A stretch of 64,000 nucleotides of DNA from Octopus bimaculoides (Eukaryota): the NCBI RefSeq assembly GCF_001194135.2, contig NC_068998.1, positions 2,507,156-2,571,155 of the forward strand. Reading direction: 5' to 3'. A model generated the notes under the pieces. It had not been told where the DNA came from, did not search any database, and saw only the letters and a list, made by a program, of their open reading frames with translations. A program made the translations under genes and the position numbers. Each line of letters begins with the position of its first letter. Position 1 is the first letter of the stretch. Positions 1 through 12,104 of the stretch are shown here, piece by piece.

Positions 1-213
1 AGGCGGTGAGCTGGCAGAATCGTCACCGCGCCGAACAAAATGCTTAGCGGCATTTCTTTCGGCTTTTAACGTTCGGAGTTCAAATTCCGCCGTCATTAAC
101 TTTGCCTTTCGTCCTTTTGGGGTCGGTAAAATAAGTACCAGTTGAGCACTGCGGTCGATGTAATCGACTTAATCCCTTCCCTAAAATTGCTAGCCTTGTG
201 CCAAAATTTGAAG
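1..213 (+). mobile_element. tRNA-derived SINE, family A
   Basis: A-box-like TGGCAGAATCG, B-box GAGTTCAAATTCC, central GCCTTTCxTCCTTTxGGGGTCG..AAAATAAGTACCAG module, 3' GTGCCAAAATTTGAA then microsatellite; many copies in the window. The core resembles the Meta/MESC SINE domain from memory (unverified). Confidence 0.85.
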
Positions 214-249
214 CCATTATCAAGAGTCTACAATCGATTCCACCTGATT

Positions 250-290
<41 letters not shown>
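250..290. repeat. (AGT)n microsatellite
   Basis: Perfect AGT run downstream of the first SINE. Confidence 0.95.
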
Positions 291-291
<1 letters not shown>

Positions 292-642
292 TAGAGAACA
301 AATACAGCAAGATAATTTTGTCTGGTGCTCTACTAAAGAACATTCCTTCACTACCCAGTCAGAACAGTTTGGGGTGTATTTACAGCCCCGCAGACTGAGC
401 CAAGAGCTGGGAGAGTGTCAATGGCTGGCCCCATAGCATAGCGCTGGCGGAAAAAAGAAACGATGACCCTATGATGGCTCGAACCAGCATCTTGACGCAC
501 AGACCGATCGCGACAATCACTGAGATAAACAGAGACGTATATACACAACCACTTATACACGAAGACAATCTATAACACAAACAAAAACGCATTCATACAT
601 ACAATCACACATAAAGTGACTGTCCTACATGTCACTGAGAGC

Positions 643-701
643 GACGTCCTATTTACAAATGCGGCGCCATCTTTCTTACAAAATCAGATTAAACCGGAAG
701 T
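643..701. promoter_or_regulatory. CpG-rich cluster of promoter-type motifs (GACGTC, YY1-like GCGCCATCTT, ETS CCGGAAGT)
   Basis: GACGTC 643-648, GCGGCGCCATCTTT 661-674, CCGGAAGT 694-701 in non-repetitive sequence; function is inferred only. Confidence 0.4.
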
Positions 702-904
702 TGGTATCTTTGTTAAACAAAGGCTTGGATGAGATCCAATGTATTTGAAAAGTAGATTTTGTGCGACAAAGTTAAATAGATGAACAGATAAAAGGATTAA
801 CTTATTCCAGCGGAAAAAATATACTCAATGAGATGAAGATGTCTGCTAATGCTTACAAACAAACAAACAAACAAACACACACACACAAACACAGCGTTAT
901 GCAC

Positions 905-945
<41 letters not shown>

Positions 946-2219
946 NNNNNNNNNNNNNNNNNNNNNNNNNNNNNNNNNNNNNNNNNNNNNNNNNNNNNNN
1001 NNNNNNNNNNNNNNNNNNNNNNNNNNNNNNNNNNNNNNNNNNNNNNNNNNNNNNNNNNNNNNNNNNNNNNNNNNNNNNNNNNNNNNNNNNNNNNNNNNNN
1101 NNNNNNNNNNNNNNNNNNNNNNNNNNNNNNNNNNNNNNNNNNNNNNNNNNNNNNNNNNNNNNNNNNNNNNNNNNNNNNNNNNNNNNNNNNNNNNNNNNNN
1201 NNNNNNNNNNNNNNNNNNNNNNNNNNNNNNNNNNNNNNNNNNNNNNNNNNNNNNNNNNNNNNNNNNNNNNNNNNNNNNNNNNNNNNNNNNNNNNNNNNNN
1301 NNNNNNNNNNNNNNNNNNNNNNNNNNNNNNNNNNNNNNNNNNNNNNNNNNNNNNNNNNNNNNNNNNNNNNNNNNNNNNNNNNNNNNNNNNNNNNNNNNNN
1401 NNNNNNNNNNNNNNNNNNNNNNNNNNNNNNNNNNNNNNNNNNNNNNNNNNNNNNNNNNNNNNNNNNNNNNNNNNNNNNNNNNNNNNNNNNNNNNNNNNNN
1501 NNNNNNNNNNNNNNNNNNNNNNNNNNNNNNNNNNNNNNNNNNNNNNNNNNNNNNNNNNNNNNNNNNNNNNNNNNNNNNNNNNNNNNNNTTCTTTCTCTTC
1601 GAAACGTCAGTACTTTCCCATCCTCACTCTCCCTTAAAAATGTCTAAAAATCATAAGTGAAATGGAATAAAGATGAAATTGGATTCTGTTAATATTTTTG
1701 CATATTCGGAATATCTGTTAAAGGTAGGAAGCCAAAAATAAAAACTTTCACAAAATTTCGTTTTTCAAAGGGGTGCGATTCTGCATTAGCCCCTATACCT
1801 ATTGGTTGAGCTGAATCAATTTGAAATGATTTCATAAAGAGAACACATTTAGTTACATTATATGACCCTGGGTTTAGATAGTTACGCTGTCGAAGACAAG
1901 TCAGGTGCTTTATCATGCTACTTGTCAATTCCGGGAAAATTATGGATACTCAAGCAGACTGTTCTGAGACTTACTGAACTCCGTATATTAAAAGACTACG
2001 TCTCACGCACACACATTGAAAATACACGCATATACATGAATACACACAATGAAAGACAGCGAAAATTCAACATTGTAAAACCCCACCCCCCAAAAAATCT
2101 ACACAGAAAGGAAAACCTATGTAGGTTAGGTGTGATGAAGAAGTCGAACCATTTCTCCTGCGAAACAATACTGATGTAAGAAGGTCGAACCTTACGTTAA
2201 AATGTTATTTACCTAATTT

Positions 2220-2825
2220 CTAAATTAATTCAATTCTTCGATCTTTCTGGGCAAATATATCTATCATATTTTCATAGAAATCTTCTCTTTTCATCAATTG
2301 TTGTAATAAATCTTTTTCAATTGACATTAGTGCTAACCCAGACAGTCTTCTTTCTCCTGTCGCATTTCTTTGGTATGTTTTGATTCTACTTAATGCAGAA
2401 AAATATCGCTCTACAGAAGCAGTAGTAGACGGAATTGTCAAAATCAACTTGCACAGATTGAAGAGTTCTGCCATAGCTTCAACAAGGTCACTGCTGTAAA
2501 TGTAACTCATTAAATGACTTACACTTCGATTTTTAAAATCTTTCATTAAATACATCACATTGAACTCACTTTGTAATCGTATTATATCAAAAAATCTGCC
2601 ATAAGTCATTTTTAAAGAATGTATAGAGTCCACAGGAAATTGTTTGCAATACTCATCAACTTTGTTGAAATTCAAAAGTTCCGTGAATTTAAACTCTTCT
2701 AAGGATGAATATCGTACTTTTATTTGGTCAACTACTGTACTGATAATTTTGTTACAATGCATTCTAATAATGTCGTTGAGGCTCAATAGATATATTTTTG
2801 GATCTCTGAATTCCGATTCCTGCAT
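2220..2825 (-). mobile_element. hAT-superfamily transposase C-terminal fragment (dimerisation domain, ZMYM1-like/hAT type)
   Basis: 201-aa ORF containing LCKLILTIPSTTASVERYFSALSRIKTYQRNATGERRLSGLALMSIEKDLL, the hATC motif (P.T.AS.ER.FS.L..IKT..R......RL..LA.MSIE). The 5' part is missing or lost in the gap at 3012-3841. Confidence 0.87.
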
Positions 2826-3841
2826 CGACTCTATATTTTTTCCCTAACATATCATAAAAGATTGAAAAATTATCAAGTTTTGAAAAAGGCTACACACGTA
2901 AATTGTCTGAGTAAATTTTAAGTCAATTTCAACAAAACGGAAAAAATAACGTTAGTAAAATTAATTTAAGATTAATTAGCTACTTCTGAAATAAGAAATA
3001 TAACATAGATANNNNNNNNNNNNNNNNNNNNNNNNNNNNNNNNNNNNNNNNNNNNNNNNNNNNNNNNNNNNNNNNNNNNNNNNNNNNNNNNNNNNNNNNN
3101 NNNNNNNNNNNNNNNNNNNNNNNNNNNNNNNNNNNNNNNNNNNNNNNNNNNNNNNNNNNNNNNNNNNNNNNNNNNNNNNNNNNNNNNNNNNNNNNNNNNN
3201 NNNNNNNNNNNNNNNNNNNNNNNNNNNNNNNNNNNNNNNNNNNNNNNNNNNNNNNNNNNNNNNNNNNNNNNNNNNNNNNNNNNNNNNNNNNNNNNNNNNN
3301 NNNNNNNNNNNNNNNNNNNNNNNNNNNNNNNNNNNNNNNNNNNNNNNNNNNNNNNNNNNNNNNNNNNNNNNNNNNNNNNNNNNNNNNNNNNNNNNNNNNN
3401 NNNNNNNNNNNNNNNNNNNNNNNNNNNNNNNNNNNNNNNNNNNNNNNNNNNNNNNNNNNNNNNNNNNNNNNNNNNNNNNNNNNNNNNNNNNNNNNNNNNN
3501 NNNNNNNNNNNNNNNNNNNNNNNNNNNNNNNNNNNNNNNNNNNNNNNNNNNNNNNNNNNNNNNNNNNNNNNNNNNNNNNNNNNNNNNNNNNNNNNNNNNN
3601 NNNNNNNNNNNNNNNNNNNNNNNNNNNNNNNNNNNNNNNNNNNNNNNNNNNNNNNNNNNNNNNNNNNNNNNNNNNNNNNNNNNNNNNNNNNNNNNNNNNN
3701 NNNNNNNNNNNNNNNNNNNNNNNNNNNNNNNNNNNNNNNNNNNNNNNNNNNNNNNNNNNNNNNNNNNNNNNNNNNNNNNNNNNNNNNNNNNNNNNNNNNN
3801 NNNNNNNNNNNNNNNNNNNNNNNNNNNNNNNNNNNNNNNNN

Positions 3842-4131
3842 TTTAAATTTGCTGTTTTACCCTAACCCTAACCCTAACCCTATCACCGATAGAATTGTTT
3901 CAGAATCGTTTGTTTATGTAGTCGGCACTTAATGTATATCGGCTGAATGGACGTCAGTGATTGGTTGAAATTACAGAAATACGACAACTTTAACATGGAA
4001 TAACTTAGGGATTTCTTTTTTTTTAAAGAAGACTAAGAGAAAAAGATGTTTTATATGACACATTCTACCAGTGTTCCAAGTTTCAAAGTGTTTCGTTAAT
4101 GAAAAATCTGGCCCCCGTTTTAAAAAAGATC
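3842..4131. mobile_element. Interspersed element carrying (CCCTAA)n, probably a Helentron/HINE-like non-autonomous DNA element
   Basis: CCCTAA x3 + CCCTA at 3860-3882 embedded in complex sequence, truncated by a gap on the left; class assignment is inference. Confidence 0.45.
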
Positions 4132-4518
4132 CTATAATTATGTAGGTATACATATACACACATGCTTAGCGAAGTATTAACAGGTAATTTTACACGCTAG
4201 AGGAAGCAGTCAAAACAACCAAAACCACATTTAAGAGCAATTCGAAGGGAATGAAAAATAAAGACTTTTACTTTGTTATTCTTTTTTCGGTTATACGTAG
4301 GTTTCGAATTGTTTTTAGCAAATAAAATAATTTGCGAGGCGAAATTCTCATCAGTAACCGCGCCATAACATTAACATATAATTTAGAGACAAATAACACG
4401 TGTCTCATCATTATATGTTATAATTTTTCAAATTCACCGCGTAAAAGCAGTTTCAGTCGGCAGTAAATGAAAAATGCCGAAATGATCTTCGAAATGCTAA
4501 AATCATGTACGTAAAATA

Positions 4519-4549
<31 letters not shown>

Positions 4550-5649
4550 AACACTAGGCTCATTATTATATTAGGAGTTAACACAGACACGTAGATGTGT
4601 GTGTAGAAAACGTATATATGTGAATGTGTGTATATAAAACGTGTGTGTAAAACATTTCCCATTACCGTTCCCAGCTTCTCGCCGACACCCCCTCCTCCTG
4701 TACTCCATCTTTACATATCAGTGAAGTGTTTACAATGTCAAAGGCTTGTAAACTGTGTTTAACCACTCCACTTTCTCTCTCTCACACATAGTCACACACA
4801 GACACAGACAAAACCCCCACGNNNNNNNNNNNNNNNNNNNNNNNNNNNNNNNNNNNNNNNNNNNNNNNNNNNNNNNNNNNNNNNNNNNNNNNNNNNNNNN
4901 NNNNNNNNNNNNNNNNNNNNNNNNNNNNNNNNNNNNNNNNNNNNNNNNNNNNNNNNNNNNNNNNNNNNNNNNNNNNNNNNNNNNNNNNNNNNNNNNNNNN
5001 NNNNNNNNNNNNNNNNNNNNNNNNNNNNNNNNNNNNNNNNNNNNNNNNNNNNNNNNNNNNNNNNNNNNNNNNNNNNNNNNNNNNNNNNNNNNNNNNNNNN
5101 NNNNNNNNNNNNNNNNNNNNNNNNNNNNNNNNNNNNNNNNNNNNNNNNNNNNNNNNNNNNNNNNNNNNNNNNNNNNNNNNNNNNNNNNNNNNNNNNNNNN
5201 NNNNNNNNNNNNNNNNNNNNNNNNNNNNNNNNNNNNNNNNNNNNNNNNNNNNNNNNNNNNNNNNNNNNNNNNNNNNNNNNNNNNNNNNNNNNNNNNNNNN
5301 NNNNNNNNNNNNNNNNNNNNNNNNNNNNNNNNNNNNNNNNNNNNNNNNNNNNNNNNNNNNNNNNNNNNNNNNNNNNNNNNNNNNNNNNNNNNNNNNNNNN
5401 NNNNNNNNNNNNNNNNNNNNNNNNNNNNNNNNNNNNNNNNNNNNNNNNNNNNNNNNNNNNNNNNNNNNNNNNNNNNNCCTTCAACATACATTCATACACA
5501 CACACACACACACACACACGTATGCATGCATACAAATATGCATAAACATTTTCAAATACTATTGATTTAAAATTGTAGTGTTTTGTAAATGTGTTTTGCA
5601 GAGAGCTCTAAGGTCAGGAATATCAGTAGAGGCCAGGAAGTGATTTAGT

Positions 5650-6300
5650 AGAAAGAGAGAGAGAGAGAGGGAGAGGGGGAGGGTTGTACTGCCAGCCTTT
5701 GCAAGTCCCTCTCTTCTGGAGAGGAAAGACGAGGAGCAGTGCTTAGTAAGGGCCTGGAGATATGGACAACGTGGATGAAGAGAGGAAGGGAAGAAATGGA
5801 TGAAGTGTATGGGTCAGAGAGGAGTTCATATCAGAGCAAACACATCCGAAGAACAGATGCTGTTGTAGAAGCGGTAGAAGCAACCAAGTCCGCCAAAGAT
5901 TTAGGATATTGGGGCGACAGAGTTAATGTCACTCGGACGGGTCACGTGTCCTGGATGTAAGCTATGATCTGGTTTGTATGTGGGAGCAATTGTCTATTGC
6001 GGGCCTCACTAGAGTTTTGTATGGGGTTGGTAACTGCTGTAGGAAAGCCAAGTATTTTCATTTTCTGAACAGGATGGTCAGTGTTTGGTATATTGGGAAT
6101 GTGAAATGGCCAGGAATAATGTTGAAGCTTAACATTTGTAACAACATTGCAAGTTTTGGTTTTGTGTGGATTCATGCTTATTGCAAAATGGAAATCTAAA
6201 AATTGCTTTCTAGGCATATGTAGTAATTGTGTCTTTGTACTACTGAAGGAGACCAGATTAAAATAGTCCTACTGAATATCTTTGTTCGTGTTGATGGTGC
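5650..6300 (-). mobile_element. Decayed CR1/Jockey-group LINE, RT C-terminal region
   Basis: Minus-strand pieces in the expected order: NLVSFSSTKTQLLHMPRK, SWPFHIPNI, YKTLVRPAIDNCSHI, GLGCFYRFYNSICSSD, ISRPLTKHCSSSF; frameshifted. Confidence 0.75.
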
Positions 6301-7484
6301 AAGTTTGATGGTTATAGGAAAATTCAGTAAAGGCGGTAGAAAGTATTTTGCCCGGCGTGCCAACGATTCTGCCAGCTTACTGCTTTAGGTTAGATAAGAT
6401 AATTGCCGCCGAAAGATGAATAACGGTATGGTTTTGGAGCTACTGGTAGATATATTACACCCCAGCCAGGAGAGACGGACCATTGAAGGAGCATTTAGAC
6501 GATCACAAGAAATAACAGTCAAATCTTCCTCAAGTAACATTGTACCGCTTTAGAAGGAGAAAGGACACATTGAATAATGTAGTCATAGACAAGCCGTCCG
6601 AATAAAAGATGAAAGAGGTGTAACTAGAACCTGTTTGATCATAGATCAGCTCAATAAAGTCTGAACTGAAAGAGAGAGAAGTGTTCCTATACTGATAATA
6701 AACGAAAGGTGGACGGGAAACCGCGTCACCCAGCCACCATCTTAAAACATAAACCATTGTATGAAATATTCTGTTCATTAACGGCTGGAAAAACTAAGAT
6801 GTTATTCTACTTCTTGTGTTTCCTCCTCCTACAAAGTAATAAATTGTTGAAGAAACAATATAAGAAGGATTGTCCAGGCGGAAAGAAATACCAAAAGTGT
6901 TATAGATGTGGAATGTATCCACACCTTATGGACTAGAAAAATAAATCATTATTATTTTTATTATTATTCATTATCATTAGTGCGACATTCCAGGAGAATT
7001 ATTGACCCAAACACAACATGTCCGATATTGTTATCCAGAATAAAGAAACATAAATCGTATATTGTTACAAGAGAAGTCAAAGACTCGGTTAATCTATGAA
7101 TGCCATTTCTTAAAGTTTTGGACAAGGAGGACAACAGAAAACTGATACAGAACCTAGAGTTGTGGCTTTTCATAACCAGAGCCTACAAAGGTGGGGAATG
7201 AGGGAAGGGGTTCGGCTGATTCCTCGGTCTGGAAGAACACCTGGACAGCCAAGGAAGAGGAGGAGCCTGTGGCTATCTGTTGGGACCTCCACCTTTTTGA
7301 ATTTTGAAAGAACCTACACCCGCCGCACACCACCTGGAGTCCCAAAAGCAGTTTTGTTCCACGTTGTCATTTTTTTCTCGAAGTGCTTCTCATAATACAT
7401 TCTCGTTCAGTCCGAATCATTAACCAAACTATATAAACAGTGAAGTTTATCACCCAATATGGAGGATTAAAAAAAAAAAAAACT

Positions 7485-7855
7485 GGTCCTCCTTCAGTTA
7501 CTACGATGAGTGTTCCAGTTGATCCGATCAACGGAACAGCCTACTTGTGAAATTAATATGCAAATGGCTGAGCACTCCACAAACACGCGTACTCTTTTCC
7601 CAAACCGCTAGTTTACGGAGACGTAAACACACCAATACTGGTTGCTAATCGATGGTAGACGACAGAAACAGGCACACACATATACATACGTATATTCGAC
7701 GGGCTTCCTCACAGTTTTCGTCTACGGAATCCACTCAGAAGGTTTTGGTCGGCCCGAATCTATAGTAGAAGACACTTGCCCAAGGTGCTATGCTGTGAGA
7801 CTGAACTCGGAACCATGTGGTTAAGATGCAAACTTCTTACCATACTGCCACGTCA
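7485..7855 (-). mobile_element. Fused SINE fragments (family C 3' part + family B 5' half)
   Basis: 7485-7590 matches the family C copy at 43231-43330; 7590-7855 matches the family B copy at 26890-27135. Confidence 0.75.
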
Positions 7856-7889
<34 letters not shown>

Positions 7890-8778
7890 TACCACCATGA
7901 TCGTCAAAATAATTAATAATTCCATCACGAAACCGTTATAATTTTCCTTCGTTGCTCTAGAATTGAATGAACATCTATATATTCATTTATTTATTAACAT
8001 CCTGTCAACCAATTAATTCTCTTTCATCCTTGTAGATTAATTAGAGATACTTATATTAATGACCAACTGACCGACCGCCGCCAACAACCCAGTTTTCTAA
8101 CGACAAAGACTTAACTCGATCCTCGACAGTAAATGATCAAATGAAAACCAAACTCTTATCCTCCAATATTGCACCCCGCTCCTGGTATTTAAACATTTAA
8201 ACCAGATAATCCCCTTCTATCTCTCATTAAAAAGAGGTGTATTTATTTTAGGGCTCAAATCAATATTATCAACTGCTGGAAGCTAGCTCAACTTGAATAT
8301 CTTGTGGGTATAAAATATATACACATGGATATGTGTATAAGTGTATTTACACGTCTATGAGTGTTTGTAAGATTGTGTTTGAATGCAGGACACACGTCAT
8401 GCCTGAAAAGCAAGGTTTTGTAATGAAAACAAAATTTCTTTTTATTATATATTATGATAAAAATATCATTACAATAAAAAACCAAACAAGCGCTAGCGAA
8501 TAATTCCAGCTAGAAACATAGCTGAAACCAGCCACCTATGTGGTATACGGCCATCAGTATAAATATGGAAGATGTGAAGTTGTTGGAAATATTTGTTACA
8601 TAGGTCATGCTAGCAGCACACTTTGCAGTAGGTCAATTATGCAACATTAATCGGAAATAAAATATTATTTCACAAACGCACGATCTAACAAAACAATAAT
8701 ATAAAACTACCAAAGAGCAAAATGCTTGGAATACAGAAGACAACTAGCAATGGCTGTCGATACTAAAATAGACACACC

Positions 8779-8779
<1 letters not shown>

Positions 8780-8832
<53 letters not shown>
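8780..8832. repeat. (GT)n microsatellite
   Basis: Perfect dinucleotide run; many similar (CA/GT)n, (TA)n and (GA)n tracts occur throughout, often at gap edges. Confidence 0.95.
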
Positions 8833-8834
<2 letters not shown>

Positions 8835-9295
8835 TGACACATACACACTTGTATGTATGTATGTAAAATAATGAATAGAGAATACATTGTAACGTTTCCA
8901 TTAATATCATTGCTGCAATTGCCTCGCTTGTCACAGTAACCCAAGAGCAGCAAGAAAGAGCAGAAACAAGTTATCGCTGTTTGCTCAACATCCATCATTT
9001 TAAGGCTGGACATCCTGGTGGTAAGATACGACATTAAAATACTTGAAAATTAACTAAGAACCAAATACTTAGAGAAAAATAAATCCGTCAAATTGTCTCC
9101 ACTAGAAACATGAGGCGCCTTCACAGCAATACATCGACTCCTTCCGTCATCGCTTCTTGAAAAGAAGAAAAAAAAAAAGAAAAAGAACACTACTTTCAAA
9201 ACAGATTTGGATATCAAGAGAGAAAGGAGAGACCACCTGTGTCTTACGGGGGGAAATGTTAGATAAAGAATAAACATTTACAAATTTATTCCAAC

Positions 9296-9790
9296 ACTGA
9301 CTTTTATATCTCTGAACGTTGAAGAGTTGTTTGCACTGTACAGATTATCATTGTGATATTCTCTGCATACAAGAAAACCCCCGCGGACCAAACAACCCTC
9401 GCTCTATTGTGGAAGTTATTGCTACTCTCATAGAAAGACCACGCCAGAAATACAGAAACATCATTCTAGCGAAAACTGGGACAATCACCGAATTAGCATC
9501 AAAGAATGAGAAAACCAATTAAGTCCTAACCGTTGAACTCTGAAGGCTTACCATCACCCCAGTTTATAAACCACCTTCCATGCACCTAGAAACATCATCA
9601 TCTACGAAGCCGAAGATCGTGATTTCAATAGCCATGGCATGAAATGGCGGTGACACTAACGATAACTGTAATATATAGACCTAGTTTCCATATTGCAGTT
9701 TTCTCTGAGGAGACGAGAGTCGCAACATCTGGCCATGCTGTATGAAGAAAATGAACATCGTTCATCCTTTGTTTCTTATTGCAGATTTCT
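9296..9790 (+). mobile_element. Decayed non-LTR retrotransposon AP-endonuclease region
   Basis: Frame pieces ISLNVEEL, DYHCDILCIQE.PRGPNN, ERPRQKY, VLTVEL*RLTITPVYKPP, DFNSHGMKW follow APE motif order (N..G, QE, Y.PP, GDFNxH..W). Clade uncertain. Confidence 0.72.
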
Positions 9791-9803
9791 ACGATGACCC
9801 GAT

Positions 9804-9837
<34 letters not shown>

Positions 9838-9893
9838 TTTCGAAGGTGTCAGTATTTGAATGCATGTGTGCGTGTAAGTGGGAATGTGAGCAA

Positions 9894-9938
<45 letters not shown>

Positions 9939-11904
9939 NNNNNNNNNNNNNNNNNNNNNNNNNNNNNNNNNNNNNNNNNNNNNNNNNNNNNNNNNNNNNN
10001 NNNNNNNNNNNNNNNNNNNNNNNNNNNNNNNNNNNNNNNNNNNNNNNNNNNNNNNNNNNNNNNNNNNNNNNNNNNNNNNNNNNNNNNNNNNNNNNNNNNN
10101 NNNNNNNNNNNNNNNNNNNNNNNNNNNNNNNNNNNNNNNNNNNNNNNNNNNNNNNNNNNNNNNNNNNNNNNNNNNNNNNNNNNNNNNNNNNNNNNNNNNN
10201 NNNNNNNNNNNNNNNNNNNNNNNNNNNNNNNNNNNNNNNNNNNNNNNNNNNNNNNNNNNNNNNNNNNNNNNNNNNNNNNNNNNNNNNNNNNNNNNNNNNN
10301 NNNNNNNNNNNNNNNNNNNNNNNNNNNNNNNNNNNNNNNNNNNNNNNNNNNNNNNNNNNNNNNNNNNNNNNNNNNNNNNNNNNNNNNNNNNNNNNNNNNN
10401 NNNNNNNNNNNNNNNNNNNNNNNNNNNNNNNNNNNNNNNNNNNNNNNNNNNNNNNNNNNNNNNNNNNNNNNNNNNNNNNNNNNNNNNNNNNNNNNNNNNN
10501 NNNNNNNNNNNNNNNNNNNNNNNNNNNNNNNNNNNNNNNNNNNNNNNNNNNNNNNNNNNNNNNNNNNNNNNNNNNNNNNNNNNNNNNNNNNNNNNNNNNN
10601 NNNNNNNNNNNNNNNNNNNNNNNNNNNNNNNNNNNNNNNNNNNNNNNNNNNNNNNNNNNNNNNNNNNNNNNNNNNNNNNNNNNNNNNNNNNNNNNNNNNN
10701 NNNNNNNNNNNNNNNNNNNNNNNNNNNNNNNNNNNNNNNNNNNNNNNNNNNNNNNNNNNNNNNNNNNNNNNNNNNNNNNNNNNNNNNNNNNNNNNNNNNN
10801 NNNNNNNNNNNNNNNNNNNNNNNNNNNNNNNNNNNNNNNNNNNNNNNNNNNNNNNNNNNNNNNNNNNNNNNNNNNNNNNNNNNNNNNNNNNNNNNNNTAT
10901 ATATATATATATTCATCCCCCTATCAATATGTAACTGTGTGTGAGTATGAATGAATTTGTGCGTCTGTGTGTGTGTGTGTGTGTGTATGTGTGTGATATC
11001 ATTGTGTCTATGTGTCTTTGTGAGTGTGTGTGTGTACGCGTGTATCTGTGTGATGTCTGTGTGTGTGTGATGTCTGTGTAATGCTTGTGTGTGTGTGTGT
11101 GTGGGTGTATCCGTGTGATGTCTCTGTGTGTGTGGTATGAGTGTGTGTGAGATGTGTGAAGTGTGTGTGTGATGTCTGAGTTTGTGTACCCTTCCTCTGT
11201 TGCATTTCACACTATTTTTTTTTTCATGATTGACTGAGCGAAAGGGGTTTCGCCCTTTCTCTACCATTAACCTACACCCCCGCTCCATACCTCCTCCCCA
11301 TCATTTCCACATAAATAGTTCCAGCCCCACCCACCCCATCTTTATCTCACTGATTTACTTTATCGTTTTTTTTTTATCTGTTCGTTTAATGTTATCTCAT
11401 TCCTCCTATCCCTCCCTACCCACCNNNNNNNNNNNNNNNNNNNNNNNNNNNNNNNNNNNNNNNNNNNGTCTCCTTATTGCAATCCCCTTTCAGCTCTGTC
11501 TATCTTCCTCTTCTCATCCATCCAACTCGTTCCTTCCCACATCATTTACCGTTCATACCCCCCCCCGCCTCATCCCACTACTCGTCTGGTATTTTTTGTT
11601 GTTTGTTATTTTTCTTCATGCTATTATTGTTTTTGTTCTGGTCCCGTTGACACAGTCGATATCTCTCACTCGCACCATCTTCATATTCTTAAAAAAAAAA
11701 TGAAGCTGTTCTGATATTTGTTCTATCTCTACCCCTCACCCCCACCATACACTACCAAACCTGCAATTAGGGACGTCTTGAAGATTGGTTTATGTACCAG
11801 AAACATAACACAAATCAAAAGCCCTAATTTTTTTCTGTGACGTTACAATCTTAAACATTCCTTGAACTTGACGCCCTGTACCAACATCGGAACCAATAAT
11901 AATA

Positions 11905-12100
11905 ATAATAACCCTTTCTGCTATAGGCACAACGACTGAAATTTTATGGCAAGTCGATTACATTGACCCCCCCAGTGTTAAACTGGTACTTATTTTATAG
12001 ATCCCGAAAGGATGATAGTCAAAGTCGACATCGACGGAATCTGAACTCAGAACGCGAAGACGGACGAAATGTCGCTAAGCATTCTTTTGGGGCCACGCAC
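11905..12100 (-). mobile_element. tRNA-derived SINE, family A
   Basis: Reverse complement of the family A body (ACTGGTACTTATTTT..TCCCGAAAGGATGA..AAAGTCGAC..GAATCTGAACTCAGAACG). Confidence 0.8.
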
Positions 12101-12104
12101 AACA

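Noticed and set aside
833-1660. Long ORFs spanning N-runs (also 4730-5570, 9742-11288, 29045-29953, 40881-41534)
   Set aside because: They are open only because N codons contain no stops; the real residues are microsatellite translations.
3860-3882. (CCCTAA)n as a true telomere or chromosome fusion site
   Set aside because: Under four units, embedded in complex sequence, with no head-to-head TTAGGG array.
4340-4500. CTGATGA and CGAAA words as another hammerhead
   Set aside because: No stem II or stem I pairing can be formed in the required order on either strand.
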